In this document: piece after piece, positions 36,370 to 47,865 of the stretch
Layout: the number at the start of each line of letters is the position of its first letter
Position numbering within the stretch: position 1 is the stretch's first letter
NCBI GenBank assembly: GCA_032718475.1
Contig: JAUCBJ010008996.1
Span: 33,496 to 97,495 of the forward strand
From: Nemertoderma westbladi
Taxonomy: Eukaryota > Animalia > Xenacoelomorpha
Direction: 5' to 3'
DNA length: 64,000 nucleotides
Position numbers and translations under genes: made by a program
Notes under the pieces: model-generated
Told to the model about the DNA's origin: nothing
The model's input: the letters and a program-made list of their open reading frames with translations, nothing else
The model's database searches: none

Positions 36370-37324
36370 CAGCTAAGTGCTGCTAGTGCTATGTGCTGTT
36401 CAATAGAAACAATACGCTACCCATTCTGCCACTGTCAGACTGTACTGCAGTGTACTGGTGTAACTGTACGTACAGTGTAGTAGGCTACTGTAGTACAGTA
36501 GTATAGCCTGATAGCAGTATAGTGCTGATTGAAAGACAAAATTGGACCTAAAGTCCAAAATTGGATGCGCAAAACTTTAAATGTCGGTTGTCTTTGTGGT
36601 GCACTGTGAAATTTTCTCATGCACGGTTAAAACTCTTATTTTGTAGTAAAGAACATGTAGGTTAAATTTCAGATCCCGTCTGAAAAAATTGTAGGCCGTG
36701 GAAAATTCACTGCAGCACTGTAATTCATATCAAAATTAATTCCGATATTGGAATGGAAGTCCAATTTTGACTTAGCAAGTTCCAAAATTGGATCAAGTCC
36801 AAAATCGCCTATATCACCGACTGTAAACTGATAAGTTAGGCCTAGCTGCCTAGGAGGCCCATAGGCAGATAGGCGTTGGGTTCTTATGTGTTTTGGTATC
36901 GGTAGTGCGATTTAGTATTTTGGTTAGGTGAGTTATTGTGTATTGAACAGTTGAATAGGCCATTCAGCCATTAGCAATATGCAATACATCAATCTGTCAA
37001 TACGATGTCCAAATCAGCTAAGTCAGTAAGTACCGGCTGACCAGTACCGTACCGTAGGCTGGTAGGTCAGTATGTAGCCTAGGTCAACTGCCAACCATCA
37101 GCCGGTTGGAAAAACTGTGGTTTTTGGTTATCGTTTATTGTTTTGGTTAGAAAAGCCTGCTACTGTAACCTGCTCCTTTCCATGCTCCTTTTGGGTAGTT
37201 TTTTTTGGGTAATATTGCGTTTTTTTGTGTAGACCTATTTTTGTGTAATTTTTTGTATTTTTTTGTGTTTTTTTGGGTAATATTGTGTTTTTTTTGGGTA
37301 ATTCGTAGGACACCTGAGCCCTAC

Positions 37325-37751
37325 CCAGGCTGCAAATGAAGTGCAAAAATCGCAACACGCTGGTGGATGAGGTGTAAAAAAGTTTACGTGCATGCAAAGT
37401 GAGAAAAATTATTTGCCACAAAAAATTTCGCTCGCTTCGCTTGTGTTTCTTTCCATTTTTCTTTGCATTGTCAGATTGTTCAAAATGTCTAAATTTCGCT
37501 CACTTTGCTGCTCTGGGTTTTGTTCGTGTTTCTTTTTCATTTTGCGCTGTTAGAATAAAAAAATGTTGCTCACTTTGAGTTTTGCTCGCGTCAGTCGCTT
37601 CGCTCGCGTATGTTTTTCGTTTACATTGTTAAAATGTGGTGTGCGCGTTTTTTTCGGTATGCATGCGCAGTACGGTATATTGTCCAATATTGCGCGGCTG
37701 AAAAATTGTGCGCAGGCGTTGTGCGCGGTTCAGTGGTGGTTTGCAGCCTGG
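37325..37751. mobile_element. MITE with 12-bp TIR and 8-bp TSD AGCCCTAC
   Basis: ccaggctgcaaa...tttgcagcctgg, with agccctac at 37317-24 and 37752-59. Confidence 0.85.
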
Positions 37752-37779
37752 AGCCCTACAGTACTGCAACTGCAATATA

Positions 37780-38565
37780 GTACAAAAGAGTACAATACTG
37801 CAATAAAGTGCTAAAATCAATAGTACAAAAGAGTGCAAAAATAGTACTGGTACATACAGACATAAGAGTACAAACGACAGAACGAGTGAGAAACGCTTCC
37901 AAAACGTGTATACAAGTGTAGGTAGTTCAAATCGTGCAGAGAGGCGCACATGATGTGCAACATAAAACAAAGCATTGTCGGGGCGAGCCACGCATTGAGC
38001 GGGGGGCTGATCTAGCAGTCAGAGAGCATGTACAATATGAGATTTGATGCAGCTTTTTGTGTTCGAAAAACACAAAACTGTCCCACCCGCAAAATTGCAA
38101 AGGGAGAACTCAATGAAGTTGCTAGATAAAGGCATACATTACACAGTCTATCCTTCAGTATAGGCCTATGGGCTACTTTAAGACTATGACCTAAATTTTG
38201 AGTCTCAGTTATACGAGTTTATATCTACCAACCTGGAACCTGCCAACTGCATAGGCCTAGTATGTATGGCATTATATTGTATTATACGAACAGTAGGCCT
38301 AGCCTACTTCTACTGTATACCAGTCAAAATCTACATAAATCAAAGTTCTGCCAATCATTTCATACTTGACCACAGAACCAAGGCTGCTCTATAGCGGCGC
38401 ATATTTCTGTGCCATTGCATTTGCTTACAATTAATTATATTTGTAGGGTGTCGGCCTATATAAGTGTAGTGTATAGGCAGGCCTACTACAGTATTACACT
38501 GGTATACCGGTACACGTTTTGCATGCGTTTCTCACTCGTTTGTACTATATTGTACTTTTTTGTAC
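37780..38565. mobile_element. Older MITE with imperfect inverted arms
   Basis: aacgagtgagaaacgc...aaaacgtgta is inverted against tacacgtttt...gcgtttctcactcgtt. Boundaries approximate. Confidence 0.55.
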
Positions 38566-38741
38566 AGATTCGTCGGACCTATTATTGATGATTATAATGA
38601 TCTATGATTTACATTAACATCGTTTTTTATCTGGATCCGGACAAGTGAGACCGGATGTTAGAAAAATATATTGGGTCGCAATTGTCCTACTGGTCTGGTA
38701 GTAGTCCAAGAAATTGTCCTAACTTCTTATCTCAACAGGCC

Positions 38742-39347
38742 GGGTGACACACCGAACGTAATCAGGATCGAATGTAACATAGTTTTTACGAATCGAACGT
38801 AACCTCAATTATGTTACATTGGATCCTATAACTACTGAACAATGTTACATTCAATCTATAAATTAGTAAGCCTGAATGTAACATACATTTAATTAAGTTG
38901 TGTTTTGATTTCAGGAGTAAACCGATGAAATGCTTTGTATATAGGAAGAAACGGTTTGGTGAGTACAAAACAGAGACCTAAGACCAAATTAAGTAACCTG
39001 CATAATCTTGCTGTCTTCAGGTCTTGTAACATTTGTTAACTTTCGTTTATTGTTTTGGTTACACGCCTCTGTAACCTGCTCCTTTAAATAAAAGTAGGCT
39101 AACCCGCATAATCTTGTAACATGTGTTAACTTTCGTTTATTGTTTTGGTTCCCCCAACACACTGACACACCTCTGTAACCTGCTCCTTTAAATGACAATG
39201 TTACATTCGGGCTTAGTAATTTGTAGATCGAATGTAACATAGTTATAGGATCCAATGTACCGGTAACTTAAATGTGGTTACGTTCGATACGTAATAACTG
39301 AATAACTATGTTACATTCGATCCTGATTACGTTCGGTCATGTATCCC
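38742..39347. mobile_element. MITE with GGG/CCC ends and 8-bp TSD AACAGGCC
   Basis: accgaacgtaatcaggatcgaatgtaacatagtt is inverted at both ends. aacaggcc at 38734-41 and 39348-55. Confidence 0.88.
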
Positions 39348-39446
39348 AACAGGCCTATCCCGGCCCCACTGCCCCAGTCAGCCAATCAATTCAATATCGG
39401 TATATACTGGTTTTATATATTATTCATAATTATTTCGCGTTACGAA

Positions 39447-40005
39447 ATGGATGGTGACACTAGTGACGATAAGAGAGTCTCGTTTTGTTCCGACTCTGAT
39501 GATCCAACTGACATCCTTTGGTCTTCAAACTTTCCTAAACCATCTGTTAAACATAGTGCTTGCTTAGTGGAAGACCAAGGTAACTCTTCTGTCGAAATCA
39601 CGGAGTTCCAACACAGAACCACTCTCTCCAATGACTGGGAAGAAGATGTCTACGACAATGACGTAGATAACATGGCGAATAATCATGACGATAACATTGA
39701 TATTATGGATGAACAAGGTCTAACTGATGGTCCTGCTGAGGTGTTTGAACCTGAAATAACTGCTAACGAAGATGGCAACGGGAGTTCGCGTTTTAGCACC
39801 GATAACGATGACAATAATTGGAGTGATAATAGCGATAATGGTATTGGAGGTAGTACTAAGGTTGAGGCTTTATCTTGTCCACCTAGTCTTCTGCCTGATG
39901 GTGATTCAGACTTCGATGACGAATCTGAAATTATTAATGATGAGAAAGAGACCCCAGCTGATAATAATGATACAGTTGTCGCAGGCAATACTGCTCCAGA
40001 TACGA
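39447..40005 (+). CDS. Multi-zinc-finger protein, coding exon 1 (acidic N-terminus)
   Basis: MDGDTSDDKRVSF..., D/E-rich. The phase-1 donor a|gttagt matches the next acceptor. Confidence 0.75.
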
Positions 40006-41962
40006 GTTAGTGCATTTTTTATTTTACAATTGACTAACTAATCCTATATTAGGCCTAGGCCTATTGATTATATGCATATATGCCAATTTTCTGTATTTGG
40101 TTGGAGGAATGATGCAAACATAAAATTATTGGTTTTATCTCAAAGCAGAGTTACCGGTAGTATAAACGGTATCGGTAACCGCAAACGGTAAACGATAACC
40201 GGTTACCGGTGTAGCAGATAATTTTTACCCCCCATGCAAAATCACTCCCCGGTTAAAATTCCTACTGATTCTGGTTCCCTACTGATTTGGCCCTGGGGTG
40301 TATTTTCCCTAGTGTATTTAAACCCCCTCCAGTGAAAACTGGACCTTCTCTCATTTATCCATTTTCACTCTCTGTCTGTCTGTGCAAATCCATCCTAGGT
40401 AAATCTCCCTAGTGTATCGTCACTCTCGGTGTATTTTCCCATAGTGAATTTTAGCTCCCTCTAGTGAAAACCCATGTTCCCCATTTCCACCTTATTAAAC
40501 ATTGGCCGCCAAGTGCCTTCCTCAAGCCCAGACATTCTACAGTATTACAAATAGTAATGCACAACACATGTAAAATAACTAGGTCGGTCGCGTCATTAGT
40601 TTATTTAACATTGCTTTAGCCATATAGCCTTCCAGGTAACAGCCAAGAGAATAAGATGATATCGCCTTGCACCCGGTGTTTCACGTATCACTGGTTGTTT
40701 ATGATGATTTTATTTATGATTTATGTTATTTATGATTATGGTTTTAAACCTCGTTGCGCTGATCATGTACATTCGACCGGCAAGAATATAGGACCACAAC
40801 ATTCCCGTACGCCTACATTACATAGTACATATAATAATAATAAGAAAATATTTCTTTGCCGGCCTGGCCCTATACATTTTGATAGGCCTATATATGGCGC
40901 TTTGATATATATTATTCAATGTGCTAAACCTGGTCTTTTGGGATGAGACTTCTGGGTAGCGTAGTTTACTCACTCCGCCCATTAAGTCTCGTTGCGCTCT
41001 CCTTGTTTAACAGGTCGCCAAATTTATGTCGCCGATATAAACATCCACATACTACTGACACGCTAAAAATAAAAGAAACTACTGACACGCTATAAACACG
41101 CTACTGATCAAAATATTATAGGGTCTATCTGCTAAACCTGGTCGTTTAGCGAAGTGTGTTATATACTACTGTATATAACTGTATACTTTGAAATGGAATC
41201 ACCGACCGGGAAAACACGGGCGGGCACGAGCAGACAGTCTAGTATCCTTCAAACGTTATAACTGACATTGGAAATTACTATCTCTGGACTAGACGGATCT
41301 ATTGAGATGCGGAGTTTTCCAGGGTGGTTGGTTATCCATTGTTTTATAAATATAATGATGGAGAAATTGAGCACCGGTGTCCAAAGGCATCCCCATGAAA
41401 TTTTATTAGCAAAAAGTAAATTATTAAGCACCGGCCCACAATCCGCAGTTACAAAGAAACAGTGGTTTCAAAGCCACAGCTAACGTTTCAATTATATATA
41501 ATTTATTTTATAATATTTTATTTCATGCATAATTAACTATATGCCGCCCCCATAGTTTATATCTTAAAAATAAAATGAATACCGGTGCGCTACCGCAATT
41601 CAAACTTTACGTGAAAATTATGCTCCAACAAGAGTTGATATATTTGTTTCCTTATTTTTCGATCTATTTTTTATATATTCTGGTTTCTAAATTTGTAGAT
41701 TTGTAAATTTTAAATTTGCATTTATATAATGACCGCTCCGGTCAGTATATAAACTTTGTTTATATCCGATTTAACCTCAGCTTACATTACAATATGTTTT
41801 GTTCATAATATTATATTACAAAATATAGTTTTTTTTTTTAATTTTATTTAAATATAGTTATTGTATAGACATGATTGTACGATGTACGACCAAGATGAGT
41901 TGAGTGGTTTAGTTCCATTATATAGGTCTATACGGTACCGGTACGGTATTTTTTTATTTCAG

Positions 41963-42048
41963 ATATCCCGATTTCATCCGCTGAGTCCAAATATGAAAGT
42001 GATGACATTCTTAACGCCGATTTACTTTCACCAAATGAAATAGAAAAG
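41963..42048 (+). CDS. Multi-zinc-finger protein, coding exon 2
   Basis: ttttatttcag|atatc ... aag|gttaat, 86 nt, phase 1-0, encoding NIPISSAESKYESDDILNADLLSPNEIEK. Confidence 0.7.
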
Positions 42049-42161
42049 GTTAATATTTAAATATAAATATTTAAGTTTAATTAGATAATATATGTTTAAT
42101 GTTTGTTTATTCAAAATGTTGACATTAGATACTCAGCAGTCAGCACCAATGCGTTAGTGTT

Positions 42162-42175
42162 GTAGACGGACGGGA

Positions 42176-42226
<51 letters not shown>

Positions 42227-42432
42227 TCCCATCTCTGCGAATTAATATCCCTCCTCAATGTTAAATTCTCACTTTAGGGAATTGAGCAGGTTACAGTGGC
42301 ACGTTTGTAACCAAAACAATAAACTAAAGTCAATAGAACAGATTACAGTTTTATTTCTGGGAGTAATCAGCTGTTATTTGCGTCAATTTTCCCTGGAGGC
42401 GGATCCATTTTAATTGCGTCGAAAGTCCCCCC

Positions 42433-42478
<46 letters not shown>

Positions 42479-42492
42479 CCTCCCTCTATCTG
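42162..42492. mobile_element. Short element with expanded poly-G/poly-C arms (family of 8211..8451)
   Basis: G-run 42177-42222 and C-run 42427-42484. Interior is homologous to 8220-8415. Confidence 0.65.
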
Positions 42493-42613
42493 TAGTTATT
42501 GACAAGGTGGTTTTTTTATAGCATATTGGAACTTTAGTTTTGAGTACAACTACAACATGCAATTTTTTTTATTATAATAACACATTTGGACAATTATACG
42601 CTACGCAATAGAA

Positions 42614-42900
42614 GGCAGGGTAACTCAGTTGGGTGAGCGCTGAGTCTGCAATAATATTGGTTGTAGGTTCGAGTCCCCGCCAGGGTTCACTCAGCCTTTC
42701 AACCACTGGGGGTCGATGAAATGGGGACCATTTGAATTACTGGAAACAAAACTTTGGATACGAGTAGCGCCCGCCCCTACCCTCGGGTAGTAGCTATCGA
42801 AAGATGAGCCGTCGGGTGGCCTCCGGCTTCGGCCCACTGTTTGCTTTGCTTGCATAGCAAGCAATATCCCAGTGCTGAACAAAATTAATTTACACAACAA
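42614..42900 (+). mobile_element. tRNA-derived SINE with Nin/Deu-like core
   Basis: Box A taactcagttgg and box B ggttcgagtcc, then ctcagcctttca...ggggtcgatgaaatggggacc and an A-rich end. Confidence 0.75.
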
Positions 42901-42979
42901 ATAGGCCTACCCTATTTAACTCAGCTCCTATCTGTGTGTCACTACGACCGCTAACGCAATTCAATTAATTTACTATCAG

Positions 42980-44663
42980 ATTGTGGAAGGTGGATTGTCT
43001 GAAGGACCCGCTGATGATGAGATTAGCCCCGAGGAGGCGACCGAGGACCACGACACCGCAACCGAGACCCACAAGTCAGACGCGGAACCGGCGTCCAGCC
43101 AACCCGACACCTCTCAGTCCTTCGAGTCGGAACTGACGCGAGGAGATTTTCTTCGACAACGTCGACCCAGTCAGCACGGCTACCGACAAAGGCGATTCGG
43201 ACCGCGGATCCCCCCGAATCCGCAACCGAACACGACGCCGCGACGACCAGTAAACCGGTTTTGTTTACCTGCGGATTGTGTAACATTTACTACGTCTCCA
43301 AGGGCGAGTTGTTGGAGCACATTGAGTCGGTACACGGGGCGGACGCACTCGCGGACACGGCTACATCCGTGTTCCACACATGTTGCGAGTGCGGATTGAC
43401 GTTCAAGTTGTACTCGGACTTCGAGGTTCATTTCTCTCTTGAGCACGAGGACAGCGGTAAGCAACCGGTTTGCTAATCAGCAGGTGGACGAGGGGGAGCA
43501 CGCTCACAGGTGTGGCGAGTGCGACTCGTCGTTCACGAGCGAGCGACAACTCGCGAGTCATTCCCGCAGCGCCCACGGCAAGGAGACCGCGGTGGCGGCC
43601 ACGGTGCACCGCTGCACTGACTGTCTGCGACCGTTCGACAGCCAATCCAAGCTGCTGCAACACGTCGCCGCGATGCACCCGAAACGAGCGGAGATCCTCG
43701 ATCGGTACAATACCGCGAAACCGAAACCCAAGAAAGTTCAGCACAACGCGGATAAAAAGCGAAAGGAAGATAAGTTGTCGAGTTTGCGGAAGCGAGTTAA
43801 TGCTCTGGCCGATTCTACAATTCGTGGCTACCGTTGCAATCCCTGCGGGAAGCCGTTCCTCAGTTCGAGATGCGCCAACGAACACATTGTCGCGTCCCAC
43901 GGGGTCAGCGTTCAGATGATTTCCACCTACAAACAGACAGTCAACATGCCTGCCAAGGAGTTCCCCTCCTGCTTCTTTTGTTCCGTTTGCGAGCGCTTCT
44001 TCGGGTTGGAGTTGTCCGCCACGCGGCACGTCTCCCAGAAACACGGCGACGAAGGCGGATCAGTTATAAACATACACGGGGAGTTGATAGAAGACGCCGC
44101 CAGGGCGTGGTCCGGGAATGTGTCCGGAATCGCGAAGCACAGGGAGTCCGGCGAGGTGTCCGGTAAAGCGAGACCGGTTGGTGGGATGTCGCGAGCCAGA
44201 CAGCCGGCAGCGAGCGCAACAGTAGCGGCTGCACACAAATGCGATCATTGCGGGGAATTGTTCAACGATCCGGTTCTGTACGAGGATCATCTGGAGGACG
44301 AACACGGTCCGATAGAGTCGTCCCCCTTTTCTATACAGAAGTGCAACGTCTGTTTGGAGTTGTTCACCGACGTTCACGCGCTCCGACAGCACTCGTTCAC
44401 GCACACGGCGTCCGCGCGCAGTAAGTCCACGAGCGATTCCGGGGGCGGCGGCGATAAACCGCGCGTTGAGTGTCCCAAATGCCCGGAGACATTCCGCAGC
44501 GAACGCCGTCTCAGCGTGCACACCGCTTCGGTTCACAACGCCTCTAACATTCTCGATATCAGCTCCGGGGAGGTTGGCTTGCTAGAATGCACTGACTGCG
44601 CCCGCGCTTTCTACACTAAAAAGGGTCTCAAACATCATCTGAAGATCATGCACAATAAGAAAC
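42980..44663 (+). CDS. Multi-zinc-finger protein, coding exon 3 (10 C2H2 fingers; apparent frameshifts near 43139, 43212, 43470)
   Basis: Acceptor tactatcag|att (phase 0) and donor aac|gtaagt (phase 1). C2H2 motifs fall in two different frames (ORFs 43261 and 43439). Confidence 0.8.
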
Positions 44664-44959
44664 GTAAGTTAAACATTTTGTTTTCCATTAAGTTCACCAA
44701 ATTTTTGTAAGAACAGAACAAGGAAGTAACACGTTTTTGATAAAGTAGTTTTACTCTCAACTTTGCTTTTTCGTATTTAATTAAAATATAAATTATTATT
44801 ATTCAAAGTATTACTCAATAGCAAAAGCTTGGAAGGATCACTTCAATCCAATTGACCCAAATTCGCATTTTTGTCCGATTTAGTTTTGCTGGAGTTTTTT
44901 TCAACTATAGTTACAAGGTGTCGAGTGTATTTCGAGTCCATTATGTTATTAAATACATT

Positions 44960-45530
44960 TATTATAGTAACTATTCTAGTTGTTCTTAACTTCGAATTAA
45001 TAGTTTATTTTAGATAATAACTTTATTTAATTTTTTTTTATATTTTTTATTGGCGCAATTGTAGGACTAAACCCATCACTGGAACAGTTCCTATAATAAA
45101 TCTTGATAAACCTAAAATATATCTCTAGTTTAACATAAAATTATACCTCGAATATACATCTTGCCAACATCTTGTTACTTTAATTAAAATAAAATCTGGG
45201 GCTAGTAAAACAGCAGCTGGGTTTGAAATTCATCGCATATTATATTCAAGAACCTGTGGCCTAGAGGTTGTTGTCTCGGCTTTCACTGCGAGGTCCCAGG
45301 TTCGAATCCGACTCCACGCCAACCGACTCCACGCCGACGCCGACTCCACGCGTACGGTTCGTGGTTTGGTGAGGAGATATAATTTTCATTTTAAAATTAC
45401 GTGATTTCTAAATATGCTGTTAAAAAGTAAAGACCTACAAACAATTGCGGCAATAAAAAATTGGTGTATATAGTGTTGGTTCGGCTGCTATAATTTCCAA
45501 AGTGTGGACGGAAAGGTGTCCGTTATTTAC
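44960..45530 (+). repeat. Left arm of a diverged long inverted repeat containing a tRNA-like module (45256-45310)
   Basis: Aligns to the reverse complement of 55500-55980 (tcaagaac.tgtggcctagag, gttcgaatcc, cgtggtttggtgag, gtgttggttcggctgcta, gtgtgg.cggaaagg). Confidence 0.7.
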
Positions 45531-46006
45531 GCTTCTCTAACAGGGAGCAATTTTATTTCAGTGAGGACGTCAGCAATAAGTTGTACCGGTAGTTTAGTAG
45601 CCAACTCAGTACCGGCTGTATTGTATATAGTCTTTCATTTTAAATCCACCGGTGCAACAACAGTAAACCAAAGTATTTACTTCAGTAAATCGAAAGTGAA
45701 AGTTATCTGAAGTAACTGGTTACTGTTATTACAGTGCGGTATAGTACAGCTACAGCAGCACTTAGGTTTAGGCTGCGTGAATTATTGTTTGTACGATTAT
45801 CTTCAAACAAGTGTAATGGCTTATGTTACATTATGTCAACTTGTCAGCCTCCTAGCGATATACTCGTAACGCAGCAAACGTAACAATAAACTTATCCCCC
45901 ATTGATGTATGTGTTGTGTATTGTGTGTATGGTGTATGTTTATATATCATGAGTATTCCCCATTGATGACAGCCATTGTAGGCGAAGAGTAAGATGGTAC
46001 CGTACA

Positions 46007-46349
46007 GTTTTTGTAATGACTGCAATTAATTGCGTAAAAATAATATGATAATTAAGAATTCAGAACGACGAAAGTCGACAAAGTAACAAAATTACGTACA
46101 CCATTGTGTGAAAGAGTACATATCCAGGGTTGACTCTTGTATATTTAAGGGTAACAGTTCCGTAGAGCACTACATTTTTGTAATGACTGCAATTAATTGC
46201 GTAAAAATAATATGATAATTAAGAATTCAGAACGACGAAAGTCGAAAGTCGACAAAGTAACAAAATTACGTACACCATTGTGTGAAAGAGTACATATCCA
46301 GGGTTGACTCTTGTATATTTAAAGGTAACAGTTCCGTAGAGCATTACAT
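46007..46349. repeat. Recent tandem duplication of ~168 bp
   Basis: ttgtaatgactgcaattaattgcg...cgtagagca.taca occurs twice, nearly identical. Confidence 0.9.
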
Positions 46350-47104
46350 TTTTGTAACATAAATCATTGTTACCATGGTAACATTATAGAGTTCTAGAAC
46401 AAAATATAATTGTTATACACTACTCTAGAACATAATAAAATAAAAAATATAATGTTCTAGAACATTTAACTAATTATTTTTCAAATTTAAAATTTCAAAA
46501 CTGTTCGATTTTGCCTTTAATTTGGTAATTCTGAAGCTATACTGGTTTTCAAGGTCACTGTTCACGATACAACTCGTTGCAAATCATTCGTGGTAACGCA
46601 ACTATCGCTTCTATCGCTACTGGTGCTTGTCTGGTGGGACGAAAAAGACAAGTTGCATAAAATTTCATACGGCAGAAATCGAATTTGGTTGGATAATACG
46701 ATATTTTTAATTGTCATATTCGTGATCAGCGTCCCAGACAACCCATTATGTCTTAAAATCAGGTTGATTTGGTAATGATCTTTAATTATCAAATTTGTGC
46801 TACTTGTATTTTTCGTGCCGCGCAATGACACATATCCAAAAAAAAACCGTAATCAACAAGGTACGATATATTTCAGTGCCATATATTCTTGATCAGCATC
46901 GCAAAACCCATATGGTCATAAAATATTTTTCACTTTTCATTATTTTATTTGCACTACTTGTTTTTTTCGTGCCCCAGGGGACACATTCTAAATTACCAAA
47001 AAATGTCTCGATTATTTAATGTTATATGTTCTATAATCATTATCACCATCCAAAAAACCGCTCTATACTGCAAAGGACGAATTTTAGGGAGCCATAAAGG
47101 TTTG

Positions 47105-47571
47105 TAGGAAGGGATCTAGGGGTCTTTACCTCGAATGATAAGTTTATTTTACCGAAAATAACTTATCTTTAATTGGCGCATTTGTAGGACTAATCCCATC
47201 ACATGCGTACTTTTTAACCGGGTAGTGTACAAATTTAAGAATCGCGTTAAACTACCCGGTTAAAAAGTACGCATGTGATGGGATTAGTCCTACAAATGCG
47301 CCAATTAAAGATAAGTTATTTTCGGTAAAATAAACTTATCATTCGAGGTAAAGACCCCTAGATCCCTTCCTATAAAAATGTATAATAACAAACACAGAGA
47401 AGAGTACGCGATTCTTAAATTTGTACACTACCCGGTTAAAAAGTACGCATGTGATGGGATTAGTCCTACAAATGCGCCAATTAAAGATAAGTTATTTTCG
47501 GTAAAATAAACTTATCATTCGAGGTAAAGACCCCTAGATCCCTTCCTATAAAAATGTATAATAACAAACAC
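47105..47571. repeat. Inverted-plus-direct triplication forming a perfect ~122-bp-arm palindrome
   Basis: 47105-47247 (inverted), 47251-47395 and 47406-47571 (direct) are copies of the same segment. Confidence 0.92.
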
Positions 47572-47865
47572 CTCGAAAAATACAGCTTGCCAACACATTG
47601 TTACTATCAATAATAAAGGTTTGTCGGTTTTCCCAACAAACCTGACTCAAAGATAGAGATGAATTACAAATACTAATTATTACGTAAAACAAAAACAAAA
47701 AAATAATTAAATTTACGAAAAAAAAATAAAAATTACGTAGCTATTCATACATAATCAAAAGGTTCTAGAATATGGTGTATTAATTTTATAGAATAATAGC
47801 CTCACGCAGATGAAAAACCATGCAATATTGGAACGCTCATATAATTGTATAATCAGATTGTGTTA

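Larger units (their letters stand above)
31934..36823. mobile_element. Non-autonomous TIR transposon with CAGT termini and 5-bp TSD TAAAC
   Basis: TIR cagtcggtgatataggcgattttggactt...tccaattttggaactt at both ends. taaac at 31929-33 and 36824-28. Confidence 0.9.
31713..37323. mobile_element. Outer hAT-like MITE (aaaacac arms) split by nested insertions
   Basis: ggtccttcgaattacccaaaaaaacac... is inverted against ...gtgttttttttgggtaattcgtaggacacctgagcccta. The left terminus is not intact. Confidence 0.65.

Noticed and set aside
43468-43483. 16-nt micro-intron (gtttgctaatcagcag) that would restore the zinc-finger frame
   Set aside because: It is far below normal animal intron size, and one extra T explains the shift more simply.
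45256-45310. Functional tRNA genes here and at 32360, 42614 and 55746
   Set aside because: Box A/B are present, but I could not form a full cloverleaf with an acceptor stem. They are embedded in repeats or SINE bodies.
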